Assembly (NCBI GenBank): GCA_973895155.1
Contig: OZ316892.1
Span: 22,111,168-22,175,167, forward strand
DNA: 64,000 nt
Origin: Marsupella aquatica
Taxonomy: Eukaryota > Plantae > Marchantiophyta
Reading direction: 5' to 3'
Numbering within the stretch: the first letter of the stretch is position 1; every line of letters starts with the position of its first letter. The notes below the pieces were generated by a model. The model searched no databases. It saw only the letters and a program-made list of their open reading frames with translations, and was not told the origin of the DNA. Both the position numbers and the translations under genes were made by a program. Below are positions 60,429 to 64,000 of the stretch, one piece after another.

Positions 60429-61082
60429 TCAAAGCCAGGAGATGTGATCATGTGCCACTGTGCCTAGAGCAGGGTCAATAGGATGGTCAGGACAGTTAAT
60501 CATCCAACGTCCCTGGTCATGTGCAATATGATGCCAGGGCACTCTGTCCGGTGCAAAACATTCACGCTGGCTCTTGGCTAGGCAAGTACAATGCCAAGTT
60601 TTGGGACATCTCAAACACTGCACGGCCTCTGCCAGATGAGGGTCACGATGGTCTTGCTGGCATGCAACACATGTATGGATGGGGCAAGACTCCACATCAA
60701 GTGGCAAGCATCCATGACAATAAAAACGAACACAATATGGCTGGGGGCACTGCCTGGCTGCAGCAGAGACAATGCCACACTGAAAACACCTGTATGTCTT
60801 ATCCTTACACTCTGGACAATACCAAGGATCGTCATCCTTGCCTGGTGCAATAAATACGGCAGGGCAAAGGCCGACAGCCTCACCAACTTTGGAAACATGG
60901 TGGAAGTGCCGATGGCAAGCCCCATCACACATGGCCAGATCTCCATGCCAGTCACAAATGCCACAAAGCTGGGGACTACACTGACGTTTCTCAATGTCTG
61001 ACCACAATTCAATCATCAACACATCTTCCTCCTTTCTCGTCCGAGTATCATTCTTTCTGGCTTTATGCTTGGTCCTAGCCAT
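60429..61082 (-). CDS. EDM2/NSD-type PHD-finger cluster protein with H3-tail-like N-terminus (217 aa)
   Basis: MARTKHKARK, then CGICDWHGDLAMCDGACHRHFH...WYCPEC...CFQC...CPIHTCVAC...CLRCPKTWHCTCL...INCPDHPIDPALGTVAHDHI. Intact, no intron needed. Confidence 0.8.
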   Translation of the reverse strand: MARTKHKARKNDTRTRKEEDVLMIELWSDIEKRQCSPQLCGICDWHGDLAMCDGACHRHFHHVSKVGEAVGLCPAVFIAPGKDDDPWYCPECKDKTYRCFQCGIVSAAARQCPQPYCVRFYCHGCLPLDVESCPIHTCVACQQDHRDPHLAEAVQCLRCPKTWHCTCLAKSQRECFAPDRVPWHHIAHDQGRWMINCPDHPIDPALGTVAHDHISWL

Positions 61083-63419
61083 TATGACCACTGGACATGA
61101 ACAAGAAAACTTGAAGAGTTATTAAACTGTTACATTGGATGTCATAAAACACGTACACAAACTCCCATATTGCAATCCAATGTGGGGCCAGAATGCAGAG
61201 GACTCACCAACTGTACTCAACCAAGAGGAAGGCAATGAAATTGGGAGATTGTCCTGATCGATTTCAGATGTAGATCTCAATCTCCTCTCACATCACAAGA
61301 TGTAAAAACAATGATTCATAATCTGCAACAACACAAATGTGACACAAAAGAGTCATTGGACTACATACATGCATCTGATGTTTTGTTTCAAACTCCTTCT
61401 GTACCTAAAGGTTACCTGAGACTCATGGAGTACTATTCCAATTCTGCAGAGGACAATAGGCTTGCCATTGAACTCAGAAAAATATAGACATAACTTTTGT
61501 CAGTTGGGAAAAAACCAAACAAATTCGAATGTGGGTAATCGCTCTCTAGTTTTGTTTTAGAGCGAATTACATAGCCACACTCAGACTACTACCGAACAAT
61601 TGGTGCACCATTTAAATGACCAGTAGATTACAGAGCCAGGGTCAAATTGCTACCAAAGGATTAGTGAGCAGCTAAGCCATGGGCATGAATCCTGTATCGT
61701 TTAAATGGAGCCACTACACAGAGCATTGGTTTGAGTTGGAAAGGACTATGCATAGACAAACATCACATGGACACTCTTCAACTTTCTTCATTCACAATAC
61801 TCTAGAGCCATAAGGCATATCTGCCGGGGGGGGGGGGAGTGGGAGTCATTGACAGAGACTTTAAGTATTGCATTCTAAATTCATTTAACAGTAGATTGTG
61901 GGCCTTCTGGAACAGAGTTATTGAACAAAGATGTTGAGTGGACTGGTGACATCTTAGATTAAAATGTCAAACTCCAAACGCAATCTCTCTATAGTGCCTG
62001 CAAGACTCTGAAAGTGAGCATTACGAGTCCTCACCATAGCTATTGTTGAACACGTCCTCTGCCCACGTCCACAACAGGTCCACTCGCTCCTAAAACTAAA
62101 CGACCATGGTTAAAAAACTAGAGATTTCATGACTGACCCTGAATTTAGTAAACGTTTTAAAGGACAAGCTCAGATAGGCTGAAGACTTTGAAATTCCAAT
62201 AGATGGTAATTCTATTTACCCCGCACACAAACAAGACTCCATTAACCATACCAGTGTACTGAATAGGAGGCCGACCTAGGGAGTAGGTAGCATTGATCCA
62301 AGATTCATAGAAAGAGAAGCAACAGCACGAGACAAGATGAAGAAACTCAAAACAGACCTTGAAACAGACTTTGAAATTCATAACTTACAGCCAGCCAACC
62401 AGCATAGGTGAAAATGAATATTCTCATGTGTAGATGCATAAGGGGACTCAAATATGGCCTGCATGTTGTCTTACGATAGTTCCACAGGGAATGGTTGAAA
62501 AAAGTGCAGCACAGGTATTGAACACAAGGCGAGAGCAACAAAACGAGCAAAGTTCAAGGCTTCTAGCTCTCCAGGGGCCGTCCACACTAGACAGTATCCG
62601 TGGGAGACCTCAGAGTTTTGAGGAAGGAACTGCAGAGGCACATCATGATGAGCATGGGCAATGTTGTTTAGTGCTATCTTGCAAGCACATTCATGAGAGT
62701 ACAGGTACATCTTAGGCAGAGCACAGCAGACGCCCTGTCAAACAATGCAATGCACAAAACAGAGAGTGGAAGAGAGAGAGAGAAAGAGCACATAGGATGA
62801 GCAGCCGAAGAGAAACTGTGAAGGAAGTGAGAGAGAGCTCCCAGAAAAGTGAGATTGCAGTTTTCAAGTAAATGGCTTCTTGTCTATAGACTCACAATTT
62901 GTCTGTAGTTTAATTGTCAACCCGTGATGTATAGAGCAAGACTACAAGACTTCCATCCTGGACGTTCATTCCTGATTTCAATGGGCATAAGGCACAGACT
63001 TGTTTCTCTCGTTAATATATTAAACTGGTCATACTTATAAACCAATATTCCTTCACATTCACATTTTAGCTCAAACCATGATCAGCCAAGAAGTCTGATC
63101 TGCCAGATCTCTATGTACAGGGCAATGAAGTAGAGCTCTCAATGAAACTGCCAATCAATCAGAATCAGTTTGTCTCTATTTCAACTGTGAACCAGTAGAC
63201 AGTCTCTATTTAAACAATTAACGTGGGACATGGAGAGGAAGACTGCACTCAAATCACATGTACAGTTACATAACGCAAAGACCAGTATGTTGAATAAGTA
63301 AACGCCAACTCTGCACTTGGAGATTGCTCACGCAATAGAGGTTACTTAGGGAAACTCACCTCGGTCCTTCCGATGTACTCAAGCTCCACAGAGCTAGATC
63401 ACTTACTTAGCTCCACTGT

Positions 63420-63512
63420 TGAAGGCTTGCCTTCAAGCTTGATTGGAGGCAGCTTGAAGGCTTGACTCGGCAGCTTGAAGGCTTGACTCGGCAGCTTGAT
63501 CAGAAGCAGCTT
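63420..63512. repeat. Short tandem repeat, 21-bp unit (GCAGCTTGAAGGCTTGACTCG) x2-3
   Basis: Two exact copies plus degenerate flanking copies. Confidence 0.8.
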
Positions 63513-64000
63513 TAAGGGTTAACTACAGCTTCATCGGAGGCAGCGCGGAAGTTAGAGACAGCAACAACAGTACGTGCGCGGAATCACTTTGTAACAGACA
63601 ACTGAAAACAAAAACATATTACCATACAAATCAATAGTAGACAGGCATAATGCACATTGTGCAGAATAGAAGAACTAGCAATGGATCTGCTCAGAACAAT
63701 TGCAAATGACGTCCTCCACCTATTTCATTTGATGAGGATGCATCTGTTCCTGCTAACTCTCCCGCTAAATCTGTCTGGACTCAGCATTACATGATTGAAA
63801 ACTAAGATACAAGAATGAAATAACTAAGCACTGAATAGAAGGATTATGTTTAAAGAGAATCATGACAGATCTGCTGGTCATGCAACCTGATCAATCCTTT
63901 GGAACTATTCAAGCATATCACAACAGCAGCAAACGGAGGACAAGACGGAGCAGGATGGAGCAGACGGAGGACATGGACACCAGCAGAGGGACAGAGGACA

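Larger units (their letters stand above)
33088..64000 (-). mobile_element. CACTA/EnSpm DNA transposon; second end not seen, presumably beyond the window
   Basis: Terminus CACTAGAAGGAAA exactly where LTR homology breaks (predicted TSD CCA). Subterminal tandem repeats and TnpD/TnpA remnants are present. I did not find a matching ...TTCTAGTG end. Confidence 0.75.

Noticed and set aside
60429-61082. True histone H3/CENH3 gene or the host EDM2 gene
   Set aside because: No histone fold follows MARTKH. The ORF is only 217 aa, has no intron and lacks the other EDM2 regions.
61100-64000. Further CACTA cargo exons or the second TIR
   Set aside because: Only short ORFs and scattered splice-like signals. 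The CACTAG at ~62585 lacks the rest of the terminal sequence and is in the wrong orientation for a closing TIR.

Overview
This is eukaryotic, plant-type (land-plant-like) transposon-dense DNA with no recognisable host gene. The architecture can be reconstructed from target-site duplications (TSDs). (1) An L1-clade LINE (17888-32174, 17-bp TSD) has an inverted 5' part. It carries a young Ty1/copia element (22039-28605) and a MITE. (2) There are three copies of a ~4.5-kb TG...CA LTR-like unit with its own ~1200-codon ORF (11389-15872, 32510-33087 truncated, 53713-58348). (3) A large CACTA/EnSpm element starts at 33088 and appears to run past the window end. It has decayed TnpD/TnpA, an F-box ORF, and an ORF fusing a histone-H3-tail-like N-terminus (MARTKHKARK) to an EDM2-like PHD cluster. 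(4) Inside the CACTA is a 10.5-kb Mutator-like element (36309-46802, 9-bp TSD). It has a GCM/DDE/SWIM transposase and a divergent, apparently intact ~1080-aa gene joining a ParB-like domain to a beta-class N6/N4 DNA-methyltransferase-like fold. It also has at least nine copies of an 18-bp palindrome, (G/A)CTAGCGA-NN-TCGCTAG(C/T), found only in its non-coding DNA. The ParB/MTase-fold protein with its parS-like palindromes, and the H3-mimic PHD protein, are the best candidates for undescribed transposon-encoded chromatin or anti-silencing systems. All domain calls are by-eye motif recognition; no database search was run.
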